Source: Candidatus Iainarchaeum sp.
Lineage (GTDB): Archaea > Iainarchaeota > Iainarchaeia > Iainarchaeales > Iainarchaeaceae
Direction of reading: 5' to 3'
Assembly: GCA_043812975.1 (NCBI GenBank)
Contig: JBDRLP010000042.1
Coordinates: forward strand, 1 to 39,399
Length of the DNA: 39,399 bases
Position 1 is the first letter of the stretch; each line of letters starts with the position of its first letter. Shown one piece after another: positions 1-9,556 of the stretch. The position numbers and the translations under genes are program-made. The notes below the pieces were generated by a model that was not told the DNA's origin, ran no database searches, and saw nothing but the letters and a program-made list of their open reading frames with translations.

Positions 1-1212
1 CAACAAACCTCTACCAATAGGCGTATTACATTCTCGGTTATTAAAAATCGCTTCACACATAACCGCATTTGGAGAACTGGCTTTTGTGTTACAAAGAGGA
101 CAAACAGGATTAGCGTCAAGCTCCTTAATTTCTTTTTTTTCACTCAAACCATGTTCAGCGTCAATTAATTCATCACCTTGACTTTTGGTGAAATGAAAAT
201 AGGTTTTTTGCCCAACATTAGAACCTGGAGCAAAGTTCAACAATCTGGTTGCAACAGCCGAAGTATATTTTCCGAAAAGGTAACTTGCTCTCCTGTGTCT
301 GAAAATCCAATGCGGTCTTGCTTTTTCTTTTGGAATTCCAGCTATATTACAAACCACTTTTACTTCTTTTGTGATGTTTGCACTTGTCCACGGCTTTTCT
401 TTCTGTGTTAAGAACAGCGGAGCATTGTTAAATTTGCTTGTTGCTCTTGAAGGATGTTCTTTTGTAACGTACCTATGCAATATTTCGGCACACTGTACTC
501 CGTGCCAATGAGCTGAGCCTGTTTTGGATGTACCATCTATGTCAAAACTAACAATTTTGCCTGTCTCTTTGTTTTTGTTAAAAGTTATTTGGTGAATTAG
601 TGTTTGACCAAGAGTTTCTTTTCTGCAACCGAGTTCCATCCCCGTCATTAGCATTACATAAGTTGCTGTTCCTCTTTTTTGTGCAGAATTTCTGAACTTG
701 ATTGCTTCATCTTCATTTAGTAACAGGTTTTTTTGGATTCCGACAGTATTTTTTTTCTTGTCACCCATGTTTAATTTGGATTCTAATATTCTTGTGTACT
801 TTCTTTCACTTGGTTCTTTATCAGCATCCAAAAAACGAAGTAACTGTTTCCAAACTTTAACATAGTCTCCGAGTTGTTTGTATTTTCCTTCTTTGATTAT
901 TACTTATTCGCCTTTTTTGTTTTTGGTTGTTACTTTGTACCCTTTTTCTTTCATGTCTGCAAATAGGTTTTGGAATTCTTCTAGTGTAACGTGATCTAAT
1001 CTTTTTTCATATTTTAGTGCTAATACTTTTAATCGGGTTAGGACTGTGTTTCTTCTTGTTGCTGTGCATTCGTTTATGCTGTAGTATCGCTTATAGAAAT
1101 CAGTTAGCAATTCAGTGTTACCGTGATTTACTTTTTTCAGATTCTCTAATGCTTTTTGCACTTCATTATCTATGTTTCCGTGATAGAAATTGTATATGTT
1201 TTCCTCGTTCAT
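1..1212 (-). pseudogene. Tyrosine recombinase/integrase with C-terminal Zn-ribbon, interrupted by one in-frame TAA (904-906); runs off the window edge
   Basis: Manual translation continues in frame past the stop of ORF 904..1212 with no further stops. Motifs: LGCRKETL (Arg), SKTG (Lys), PHWIFRH (H..R), KTYFH (Tyr), then CPLC...C...C. Lies 60 bp downstream of a tRNA 3' end. Confidence 0.88.
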
Positions 1213-1271
1213 TTAAGATTACCCCCACTTGGTATATTAAAAACCTGTGGAGTAATGAACTAGGCAAATTT

Positions 1272-1346
1272 TGCCCCCAACGGGATTTGAACCCATGTTA
1301 CTGGCTTGAAAGGCCAGTGTCCTTGACCGGGCTAGACGATAGGGGC
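1272..1346 (-). tRNA. tRNA-Glu (UUC), no intron, CCA not encoded
   Basis: GCCCCTA/TGGGGGC acceptor stem, CTGGC-CT-TTC-AA-GCCAG anticodon arm, GGTTCAAATCC T-loop. Confidence 0.97.
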
Positions 1347-1422
1347 CCACAGTTGCGGCTGTGGGGTACGCGTACCATCTTCGTCCCCTACGGAGACTCG
1401 ATGCTACTTACTCCACTTCCGC
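1347..1422 (-). ncRNA. Candidate structured RNA or leader directly 5' of tRNA-Glu
   Basis: GC-rich 76 nt folding into a long interrupted hairpin (GCGG..GTGG..CATC GA GTCTCC-GTA-GGGGAC GAA GATG..CCAC..CCGC). Starts about 28 nt after a TATA box. Confidence 0.5.
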
Positions 1423-1441
1423 AATATCTTTAAAATGAAGG

Positions 1442-1456
1442 TTTTTAATAGTTTCA
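1442..1456 (-). promoter_or_regulatory. BRE/TATA promoter for the leader-tRNA-Glu transcript
   Basis: Minus strand reads GAAAC-TATTAAAAA, predicting a start near 1422. Confidence 0.55.
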
Positions 1457-1531
1457 CTAAATGATTAAGTAATAACCTAATAAGAAAACGTTTTGTAAAT
1501 TGTTTTTAAAACTATGTAAAGGGATTTGAAA

Positions 1532-1699
1532 ATGGCATTATCAGCAGTAGCAGCAAAAAGAGTGTTTGAAGACGTGTGGATTTGCATGCATTGCAATGCA
1601 AAAAATAAAGGCCAGAAAGGGAAACCTGCAGCTAAATGCAGAAAATGCGATTCCAAAAGAATGAGATTAAAGAAGAAAGGAAAGAAGAAAGTAGGCTAA
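1532..1699 (+). CDS. rpl40e: 50S ribosomal protein L40e (55 aa, not in ORF track)
   Basis: MALSAVAAKRVFEDVWICMHCNAKNKGQKGKPAAKCRKCDSKRMRLKKKGKKKVG: CxxCNAxN...CRKC zinc-ribbon pattern of L40e. Confidence 0.9.
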   Translation: MALSAVAAKRVFEDVWICMHCNAKNKGQKGKPAAKCRKCDSKRMRLKKKGKKKVG

Positions 1700-1778
1700 A
1701 TAACCTGCTTCAACCTGTTTTTCAGCCAAAACAAGCCCACAAATAACTTTAATTAAACATCAAATACCAATAATCAAT

Positions 1779-2582
1779 ATGAACAAATACCTTTCAATGT
1801 TAAGACCACTAAACGGAATAATCTCTATGTTTGGGGTTTTCACTGGTTATTCAATAGCACAAAAAGCATTCGTATTTAATCTCGAACTTGGAATAGGAAT
1901 GGTTGCTGCTTTTTTAATCACAGGAGCAGGAAATGTGATTAATGATTATTACGATGTTGAAATTGACAAAAAATTGAACAAAGCAATTCAGCAAACTAAA
2001 GACAAAAAATTACTATTTTATTCAGGAATACTTTTTGCAGCAGGAATTTTAATTTCATTTTTGCTGAATATTCACGCATTTGTTATTGCAATATTGATAT
2101 CAGTTCTTTTGATTGCTTATTCAACAGCAATGCAAAAATACAAGTTTTTGGGAAACTGGGTCGTAGCATTAGGAACCGCACTAACACTAATCTATGGAGC
2201 ATCAATAATTCAGAATTATAATTCAATTTTCATACTTGCAGGATCAGCATTGCTTGCAAATGCAGCAAGAGAAATAATAAAAGACACTGAGGACATGAGA
2301 GGAGATTCCGGAATCAAAACCACGCTCCCAATGCTTCTGGATTTTGGTGCAATTAAAGCAATAATAATGCTGCTTTATTCACTTGCAATTATTCTAGCTG
2401 CATGGGCATGGGTGCTTGGATTTATGAAAGGTCCCTACTACATTCTTTTAATGCTGGCTTCAGGAATTTTATTTTTCAATTCATGGAAATTTTTAATAAA
2501 AAAGAAATTCAGAACCGCACAACAATACTCTAAATACGGGATGATTGTTGCATTATTAGCTTTTCTGGGCGGGATACTTTGA
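1779..2582 (+). CDS. UbiA-family prenyltransferase, likely digeranylgeranylglyceryl phosphate synthase
   Basis: LRPLN start, GNVINDYYDVEID and REIIKDTEDMRGD aspartate-rich motifs, multiple TM helices. Confidence 0.85.
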   Translation: MNKYLSMLRPLNGIISMFGVFTGYSIAQKAFVFNLELGIGMVAAFLITGAGNVINDYYDVEIDKKLNKAIQQTKDKKLLFYSGILFAAGILISFLLNIHAFVIAILISVLLIAYSTAMQKYKFLGNWVVALGTALTLIYGASIIQNYNSIFILAGSALLANAAREIIKDTEDMRGDSGIKTTLPMLLDFGAIKAIIMLLYSLAIILAAWAWVLGFMKGPYYILLMLASGILFFNSWKFLIKKKFRTAQQYSKYGMIVALLAFLGGIL

Positions 2583-3493
2583 TTCGAGAACAAATGATTT
2601 CAAGAGTAGTATCCGCACTTAAAAAAAATGATTTTCACACCGCAACATTTTTCGGGTCAAACACATGCTTTGATTTAATCGCAAAAAACCAGAACATTAC
2701 TCTTGTAATAAAAATTTATGAAAACATTGACTCAATAAGAAAAGAACAGGGAGAAGAACTGAAAAAATTAGGGCAAACAATAAATGCTACTTGTTTAATC
2801 ATTGGTGAAAAAACAAAAGTGTTCAGCCTGAAAGATGACACGGTTTATAATAGATATAATATTCAGACAATAACTCCAAAAGCATTTGAAAAAGTTCTTG
2901 ATCATGAAACTTTACAATCAAAATATTTCAAGGGAAAATACATTGTTGATATTGATTTTAATGAACTGAAAAGAAAAAGAGAAAAACTTAATATTTCACT
3001 TCAGGACCTTGCAAACAGAATTGGCGTTGCCACTGACACCCTTAATCGGTTTGAAAAAGGTTCAAGCACTTCTCTTGAAACAGCAAAAAAGCTTGAACAT
3101 GAATTAGATGAAAACTTAGTAAAGGAAATAAATATTCTAGGAACACGCCCGTACAAAAAAGATTTTGACGAGGAACCAAATGAAAGACTACTGGAAAAAA
3201 TGCACGATATAGGTCTGAAAATGGCATTGTTTAATCATAGTCCTTTCAAGGCAATCGGATCATCAGATCAAAACTTGTTTATTACAACCGGAAAAGGGAA
3301 ATTTGATATTCCAAAAAAAGCATTTGAACTGAAAAAAGCAAGCACGGTTGTTAATTCTGATTCAATAATTGTTACAACAGAATACAAGTACAAAAACATT
3401 GACGGTGTTCCGATTATTGAAGAATCTGATTTAGAAACAATAAGTAAACTTAAAGATCTTAAAAAAATTATACGAGAAAGAGAACAGGGATAA
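2579..3493 (+). CDS. Archaeal HTH (XRE) transcriptional regulator, COG1395/MJ1164-like
   Basis: CFDLIAK...IKIYENIDSI N-domain and central Cro/C1 HTH (KREKLNISLQDLANRIGVATDTLNRFEKG). Confidence 0.8.
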   Translation: MIREQMISRVVSALKKNDFHTATFFGSNTCFDLIAKNQNITLVIKIYENIDSIRKEQGEELKKLGQTINATCLIIGEKTKVFSLKDDTVYNRYNIQTITPKAFEKVLDHETLQSKYFKGKYIVDIDFNELKRKREKLNISLQDLANRIGVATDTLNRFEKGSSTSLETAKKLEHELDENLVKEINILGTRPYKKDFDEEPNERLLEKMHDIGLKMALFNHSPFKAIGSSDQNLFITTGKGKFDIPKKAFELKKASTVVNSDSIIVTTEYKYKNIDGVPIIEESDLETISKLKDLKKIIREREQG

Positions 3494-3495
3494 AA

Positions 3496-4152
3496 ATGGA
3501 TTTTGAAGCAGAAAGAAAGAAACTGGTAGAATACATTTCCGGATTTGCAGTAACAAGTTCAGAAATAAAAAAAGCAATATCTGAAATTAAAAGAGAAAAT
3601 TTTCTTCCGGAAAACCTGAAACAACATGCTTACGATGATAATGCTGCTCCAATAGGACATGGACAGACTATTTCTCAGCCATCAACAATAACAGTAATGT
3701 TAGAGTTGCTTGGTGTAAAAAATGGAATGAAAGTTCTGGAAGTTGGTTCAGGCTCAGGATATGTATTAGCATTACTTTCAAAATTAGTTGGAAAAGAGGG
3801 TAAGGTTTATGGAATTGAGTATTTGAAAGAACTTGTGGAAAATTCCAGAGAAAACCTGAAAAAAGAAAAAATTAAGAATGTAGAAATTAAGCAGGGAGAC
3901 GGTTCATTAGGCTGGGAAAACAAAGAATTTGACAGGATACTCATCAGCTGTGCATGCCCTTTTGTTCCAAAAACACTTTTTGACCAATTAAAAGAAAAAG
4001 GCAGAATTGTAGCTCCTGTTGGAGATCAGGGAACACAAATCCTGGAAATTTTAATGAAAGAAAAAGGAAAACCATTCAAGAAAAGCTACGAAGGCGGATT
4101 GTATACTTTTGTGCCATTAAAAGGCAAGCACGGTTACTCAACAAATTTATAG
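3496..4152 (+). CDS. pcm: Protein-L-isoaspartate O-methyltransferase
   Basis: AYDDNAAPIGHGQTISQP, VLEVGSGSGY, GDGSLGW, FVPL. Confidence 0.93.
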   Translation: MDFEAERKKLVEYISGFAVTSSEIKKAISEIKRENFLPENLKQHAYDDNAAPIGHGQTISQPSTITVMLELLGVKNGMKVLEVGSGSGYVLALLSKLVGKEGKVYGIEYLKELVENSRENLKKEKIKNVEIKQGDGSLGWENKEFDRILISCACPFVPKTLFDQLKEKGRIVAPVGDQGTQILEILMKEKGKPFKKSYEGGLYTFVPLKGKHGYSTNL

Positions 4153-4952
4153 TTTGTTTTTTTCAGATTAACAAATGCTTTTCCTTTCCCGGTTGCCGGG
4201 ATTTTAAATTTGGCTTCTAAATTTTTACCGTTCTTTTTTGCCTCAACCAAAACATAATCACTTACAAAATTTTTTACAAAAGAATTTTTTGGTTTGGAAA
4301 ATATTTCCAAAGACGAACCAACCTGTTCTATTTTACCTGAATTCATTACAACAATTTTATCACTTAAGAAAAATGCTTCATCAATGTCATGTGAAACAAA
4401 AATCATTGTCAATCCGGTTTTATTTTGCAGTTCTTTCAAAAATAATTTCGTTTTTTCTTTCAACGGAGCATCCAAACCATTAAGAGGTTCATCAAGAAGA
4501 AGAAGTTCAGGTTGAAAAGCAATAGCTCGGGCAATTGCAACTCTTTTTTTTTCACCGCCACTTAAATTATTAACTTTTCTTTTTTCAAAACCTTTAAGAT
4601 GGACAAGTTTTAGTGCTTTTTTTACTTTTTTTTGAATGTTTGGTTGCTTTTTCATCCTGATTCCAAAAGCAACATTTTCAAAAACATTTAAATGAGAAAA
4701 AAGTGAATCTCCCTGAAAAACAAAACCAACATTCCTTTCATCTGCAGGAAGCGCAGTTACATTATTTTTATTGAAAAAAATATTTCCTGAATCAGGTTTT
4801 TCAAGTCCAGCAATTGACCTTAATAATGTTGTTTTTCCTGAACCGCTTGGACCAACAATACCAGTAAAGGAACCTTCCTGTATTTCAAGCGAAAGATTTT
4901 TCATTTCCCAATCAGGATACAAAAGACTTATTTTTTCAATTTTCAGTTTCAT
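4134..4952 (-). CDS. thiQ: ABC transporter ATP-binding subunit (thiamine, ThiQ-like)
   Basis: Walker A GPSGSGKT, LSGGE signature, LLLLDEP. Operonic with thiP/thiB. Confidence 0.8.
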   Translation of the reverse strand: MKLKIEKISLLYPDWEMKNLSLEIQEGSFTGIVGPSGSGKTTLLRSIAGLEKPDSGNIFFNKNNVTALPADERNVGFVFQGDSLFSHLNVFENVAFGIRMKKQPNIQKKVKKALKLVHLKGFEKRKVNNLSGGEKKRVAIARAIAFQPELLLLDEPLNGLDAPLKEKTKLFLKELQNKTGLTMIFVSHDIDEAFFLSDKIVVMNSGKIEQVGSSLEIFSKPKNSFVKNFVSDYVLVEAKKNGKNLEAKFKIPATGKGKAFVNLKKTNYKFVE

Positions 4953-6568
4953 TAAAACACACTCTCATCTTTAGAAAAATATTCTATTGCATAAAAACTC
5001 AAAAAGCTAATGGAAATAAGAACAACCCCCATAGCTGCAGCTGCAAACAAGTCAAAAGTTGTTAAAAGTCTGTAAATATAAACAGGCATTGTGGCATAAA
5101 TGCCATCATAAAGAAGAAGTACTAAACCAAGTTCTCCAAGGGAAACTGCAAAGCTTAATGCAAGAGAAACTAAAAGAGAGTTCTTTATTCTAGGCAGCTG
5201 TACAAACTGAAAAACCTGTAATTCATTAGCACCCAGAGTTCTGGCTGCATCAAGACTTTCAGAATCTATCCTACTTAAAGCATTATTAATGACCCTAAAT
5301 GCGAACGGAAACGCAAATATTGCATGCCCCATCGCAATAACCCACAGCTGACCTGTTCCAAAGCCAAGCCAGTAACCAGCCCCAAGGGTTATTACAGAAA
5401 CAGCCACTGAAGCACTTAGAAAAACTCCGGAAAACCTTATTCTGGTCTGTTTAAGGGAAGCCAGGAGCCCAAAAAAAGTTGCAATTATTGAGGAAAAAAA
5501 GGCAAGTAGAAGGCTGTAGGCTATTGATAAAAGCGGGGTTGTTCCTAACAAGCTGACAGTGCTTGGAAACACAATTTTTTCAAAAGCTTTCAAAGAAAAT
5601 TGCCCAAGTTTTTGGTCAAAAAAAGCAAAAAATACTAAAGAGATTAAAGGAAGAACAATGAAAGTTATTCCTCCGAGAATTAGTAAGGATTCACAAAAAC
5701 CTTTTGCAGAAGCAAAGTTTAATTTTTTAGGTTTTTCAATATTCAAAGAACTCTTTATAGCATATTTTTTCGAAAAATAAATATAACTATAACCAACAAT
5801 GCTTAAAATCAAAAACTGAAAAAATGCAAGTAAAGCTCCTATTTCAAAATTAAAGTTTCTTGTTATCTGTCTGTAAATTTCAACCTCAAAAGTTGAAAAC
5901 TGCAAACCCCCAAGAGTTAATACAATGGCAAAACTCATAAAAGTATAAATGAAAACCAAAGAAGCACTTGCTGCCAGAGAAGGAATTAATTGAGGCAGAG
6001 TTATTTTGAGAAAAACCTGAACTTTATTTGCGCCAAGGGTTTTTGCTGCTTCTTTCATTGTTTTGTCAGTGTTTTCCCATGCATTTGAAACAAAACGCAT
6101 CACTATTGGAAAATTATAAAAAGTATGAGCAATAATTATTCCTGAAAAACCATAAAGGAACTGCACGTGCTCTTCAAAACCCAAAAAATTTTTAAGGAAT
6201 AAATTAATCCACCCGTTGTTTCCGAAAATTATTACAAAAGAAATAACAACTAAAATTGAAGGAAACACAAAGGGAATTAATGAAAGTGATTTGAGAACTT
6301 TTTTTCCGGGAAAATCTCTTCTTGCTAAAACATAAGCCATTGGCAGACCAATAAGTACTGCAAAAAAAGTTGAAACACTTGCCTGGATAAAAGAATTCCG
6401 AATAAGGAAATTATTTTTCACTAAAACTTCTGCAAAAACAAAAATTGTTTCGGTTCCTGAAGCCAGAGCTTTAAACAGGACTAAAAGTAAAGGATATAAA
6501 AAAAATAAAAAGAAGAAAAGACCAAGCAAAAGCTTGGCAATTACCCGGATTGCATTATTTTTTCCCAT
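4952..6568 (-). CDS. thiP: ABC transporter permease (thiamine, ThiP-like; two BPD_transp repeats)
   Basis: Two EAA loops (EAAKTLGA, DAARTLGA), AHTFYNFP motif, context. Confidence 0.82.
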   Translation of the reverse strand: MGKNNAIRVIAKLLLGLFFFLFFLYPLLLVLFKALASGTETIFVFAEVLVKNNFLIRNSFIQASVSTFFAVLIGLPMAYVLARRDFPGKKVLKSLSLIPFVFPSILVVISFVIIFGNNGWINLFLKNFLGFEEHVQFLYGFSGIIIAHTFYNFPIVMRFVSNAWENTDKTMKEAAKTLGANKVQVFLKITLPQLIPSLAASASLVFIYTFMSFAIVLTLGGLQFSTFEVEIYRQITRNFNFEIGALLAFFQFLILSIVGYSYIYFSKKYAIKSSLNIEKPKKLNFASAKGFCESLLILGGITFIVLPLISLVFFAFFDQKLGQFSLKAFEKIVFPSTVSLLGTTPLLSIAYSLLLAFFSSIIATFFGLLASLKQTRIRFSGVFLSASVAVSVITLGAGYWLGFGTGQLWVIAMGHAIFAFPFAFRVINNALSRIDSESLDAARTLGANELQVFQFVQLPRIKNSLLVSLALSFAVSLGELGLVLLLYDGIYATMPVYIYRLLTTFDLFAAAAMGVVLISISFLSFYAIEYFSKDESVF

Positions 6569-7557
6569 TCAGAAATCCATTCCTCTTGCTTTTCATCAAT
6601 TAACTCCGGATCTAATTCTAATTGATTTTTTGGCTGCAAAGCATAATCCTGAAATGCCCGAGGCAGTTCAATATTTTGATTTACTGGGAACATGAACTGT
6701 TTGAAAGGAATCTCTTTTTGGAAATCTTCAGTTAAAGCGAATTCGATAAATTCTTCAGCAAGTTTTCTGTTCTTTGTCCCTTTCACAATCCCCATACCTT
6801 CTATTTGCACATAATGCCCTTCTTTAAAATTGGCTGCTAAATATGTGTCAATTTCCTCAAACTCAGCATAATACGGAGGAGAGGTTCCATAACTCAGATA
6901 TATCGGGATTTCTTTTGCTGCAAATAAACCAGCAGATTCATCCCAACCATCTGTTACAGTTAGAATGTTTGGTTTGAATTCATTCCAAAAATCCTTGTAA
7001 CCAGGATCTCCATAAACGGCTATTGTCCAAAGCAACAAACCTAATCCAGAAGAAGAGGTTCTTGGATTCTGGATTGCTATTTTATTTCTCAGGCTTGAGT
7101 CAAGCAAGGAATCAAAACTATCCAGTTCAACATATACTGCTTCTGCATCATAAACAAATGCAAAATAACCATAATCATACGGAGTCAAATAGTTTTCCTG
7201 TGAAAACTTTATTTTTTCAGGAACAATTGACACATTGCTTGGAGTAAATTCTTCCAGAACACCATGCTCTAAAGCATCAAAAATCAGACTATTATCCAGC
7301 CCAATTACCAAATCTGCTTTTGGATTATTTTTCTCAAGGATTAATGCACTTAAAACCTGCCCTGCATCTCCCTTTGAAACCATGTTTACTTTACAGTTAC
7401 ATTTCTCTTCAAATTTTGGTATAACCTGTGGTCCTAAACCATACTCTGAAACCATTGAATCATAAGTATAAATAGTTAAATCTCCGGTTGCTTGTTGTTG
7501 TAAACACCCTGAAAAAATAATAAGTAAAAACAACATTGCTGTTAAAATTTTGTTCAA
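6541..7557 (-). CDS. thiB: Thiamine ABC transporter substrate-binding lipoprotein
   Basis: FSGC lipobox, LTIYTYDS, DLVIGLD, PYDYGYFAFVYD, PRTSSSGLG, LSYGTSP, QIEG. TTG start after an SD-like GAGGCG. Confidence 0.9.
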   Translation of the reverse strand: MNKILTAMLFLLIIFSGCLQQQATGDLTIYTYDSMVSEYGLGPQVIPKFEEKCNCKVNMVSKGDAGQVLSALILEKNNPKADLVIGLDNSLIFDALEHGVLEEFTPSNVSIVPEKIKFSQENYLTPYDYGYFAFVYDAEAVYVELDSFDSLLDSSLRNKIAIQNPRTSSSGLGLLLWTIAVYGDPGYKDFWNEFKPNILTVTDGWDESAGLFAAKEIPIYLSYGTSPPYYAEFEEIDTYLAANFKEGHYVQIEGMGIVKGTKNRKLAEEFIEFALTEDFQKEIPFKQFMFPVNQNIELPRAFQDYALQPKNQLELDPELIDEKQEEWISEWEKIMQSG

Positions 7558-7599
7558 ATCAACTCGCCTCAAAGAAAGCAAGAAAGTGACTATTTAAAA

Positions 7600-8235
7600 T
7601 CAGAACCATTTTCTAAAATGAATACAAAGTAATGTTCCGTCTTTGAACGTAATTGAAACTTTTTTCTTTTTAAATTCATTACTGATGCCAACCCCTGTTC
7701 CAAAACGAAGATTATAATTTTCAAGCTCATATTTGAAACCTTTCAAAGTGAGCCCGCTCACATCTCCTTTCAAAGGGAATAATGAAATTGTTTCATGCGG
7801 AACTCCCTGAATAAATAATTTTTTAGGAATCAAATATATTTCCTGATTTTCGTGAATTATTTTTGCTTTCACATTTTTTGGAACCTGTGTTAAAATGAAA
7901 ACATTTATAAGAGTCATATCTGCCCTGCTTCCAAGAGCTCCCATAATAATAATTTCTTTAAAATTGTTTTCAATACAATAATCCAAAGCTAGCTCCAAAT
8001 CAACCTTGTCTTTTTCATGAGGAAACCTTATCATTTCCACTCCTTTAAATTTTTTTAACGCATTTTTTGAAATAGAATCCATATCACCTATAATCAAATT
8101 CGGTTTGAATTTTGTTTTCAATAATTTGTTTGCTCCGCCGTCAGCACAAACAATAAAATCGTTTTTAGAAATGTGTGAATAAAGATGTTTTGTATTAACA
8201 CTTCCATTACAAATAATTACTGCTTTTTTTACCAT
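7600..8235 (-). CDS. thiN: Thiamine pyrophosphokinase
   Basis: CADGGAN, IIGDMDS, EKDKVDLELAL, GALGSRAD, GISNE. ATG at 8235 preceded by GAGGTG. Confidence 0.93.
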   Translation of the reverse strand: MVKKAVIICNGSVNTKHLYSHISKNDFIVCADGGANKLLKTKFKPNLIIGDMDSISKNALKKFKGVEMIRFPHEKDKVDLELALDYCIENNFKEIIIMGALGSRADMTLINVFILTQVPKNVKAKIIHENQEIYLIPKKLFIQGVPHETISLFPLKGDVSGLTLKGFKYELENYNLRFGTGVGISNEFKKKKVSITFKDGTLLCIHFRKWF

Positions 8236-8286
8236 AATCAAAAAGCACCTCAAACAATTAATTAATTGTTTGTCCCCATGATTTTT

Positions 8287-9531
8287 ATGAAAACAATGGA
8301 TTATGAAGAAAGCAAGGAATGGCTGTATTCTTTAAAATTTGCCATGGAAGGATTCAAACTGGACAAAACAAGAAAACTTGTTAAGCTTGCAAAACTTGAT
8401 CTTGCAAAACTGAAAACAATTCATATTGCAGGAAGCAACGGAAAAGGATCAACAGGATCATTTATAGAATCGATTTTGAAAGAACAAGGTTACAAAACTG
8501 GACTTTATACCTCGCCTCATTTGGTTGAACCTATTGAAAGAATGAAAATCAACGGGAAAAACATTTCCAAAAAAAGGTTTGTTCAATTAGCCAACTATTT
8601 CAGAAAATTAATAAAAAAAAATAATTTCAGGGCAAACTATTTTGAAGTAATAACAGCAATGGCTTTAAAGTATTTTATTGAAGAAAAAATTGATTTATTA
8701 GTTGCTGAAGTTGGTCTTGGGGGAAGATTAGATTCAACTAATGTTTTGGATGGAATGATTAATGTTATAACCCATATTTCATTAGAGCATACGCAATATT
8801 TAGGAAAACGTATTTCAAAAATCGCAAAAGAAAAAGCAGGGATAATCAAGAAAAATTCAACAGTAATTATCGCAAAAAACAATCCCGGGTTAAAGCAGAT
8901 TCAGGCAAAAGCAAAAGAACAAAAATCACAAATAGTTCATCCTACTTGGATTATTAAAAATTCAACAAACAAAGGACAGGAATTTGAATTAATAAAACCT
9001 GAAAAAATACCAAAATTAAAAATTAAAATGCTTGGAAAACACCAATGTGAAAACGCAGCAATTGCGGCAACAACAGTACTTTCCTTACGGAGCAAGGGTT
9101 TTGAGGTTTCAGAAAAAAGCATCAGAATCGGGTTAAGAAAAGCATTTTGGAGTGCTAGGCTTGAAATAGTAAAGAGAAATCCGATAGTTCTCCTCGATGC
9201 AGCTCACAACCCTGAAGGCTGGAAAAGACTATTTGAATCCCTAAAAGTTTTCAAGTACAAAAAACTGATTGTTGTTTTTGGGGTAATGGATGACAAGGAT
9301 ATTAATGCATTCAGAAAATATTTGAAAAAAATAAGTTCGCTAATCCTTACAAAATCAGATTCATTCAGGGCAGAAGAGCCAGAAAAATTAAGAAAAAAAT
9401 TTGGGAAAGGGGATGTTATTGTTCCTGAGAAAAAAGCAATTAAACAGGCACTTGCAGAAGCCGAAAAAAAAGACCTTGTTTTAATTACCGGTTCAATTTA
9501 TGTTGTTGGAGAAGCAATTCAAAACATTTAA
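8287..9531 (+). CDS. folC: Folylpolyglutamate/dihydrofolate synthase
   Basis: HIAGSNGKGST, YTSPHL, EVGLGGRLDSTNV, LLDAAHN, TGSIYVVG. Start may be 8287 or 8296. Confidence 0.93.
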   Translation: MKTMDYEESKEWLYSLKFAMEGFKLDKTRKLVKLAKLDLAKLKTIHIAGSNGKGSTGSFIESILKEQGYKTGLYTSPHLVEPIERMKINGKNISKKRFVQLANYFRKLIKKNNFRANYFEVITAMALKYFIEEKIDLLVAEVGLGGRLDSTNVLDGMINVITHISLEHTQYLGKRISKIAKEKAGIIKKNSTVIIAKNNPGLKQIQAKAKEQKSQIVHPTWIIKNSTNKGQEFELIKPEKIPKLKIKMLGKHQCENAAIAATTVLSLRSKGFEVSEKSIRIGLRKAFWSARLEIVKRNPIVLLDAAHNPEGWKRLFESLKVFKYKKLIVVFGVMDDKDINAFRKYLKKISSLILTKSDSFRAEEPEKLRKKFGKGDVIVPEKKAIKQALAEAEKKDLVLITGSIYVVGEAIQNI

Positions 9532-9556
9532 ATACCTTCTAAAACATCAGTTAATT

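Noticed and set aside
904..906. Stop-codon reassignment explaining the integrase TAA
   Set aside because: TAA terminates many clearly complete genes in this window.
1354..1422. Leader as a second tRNA (GTA loop, Tyr) or a hammerhead ribozyme
   Set aside because: No T-loop (TTCRA), no U33, and a mismatched acceptor stem. The hammerhead core CUGANGA/GAAA is not matched (GCATCGA/GAAG).
178..1433. ORFs 178..411 and 1017..1433 (+)
   Set aside because: Antisense to the integrase and tRNA, with no protein-like features.
8236..8286. TPP riboswitch ahead of the thiamine operon
   Set aside because: The spacer is about 50 bp, AT-rich and lacks the CTGAGA and other conserved motifs.
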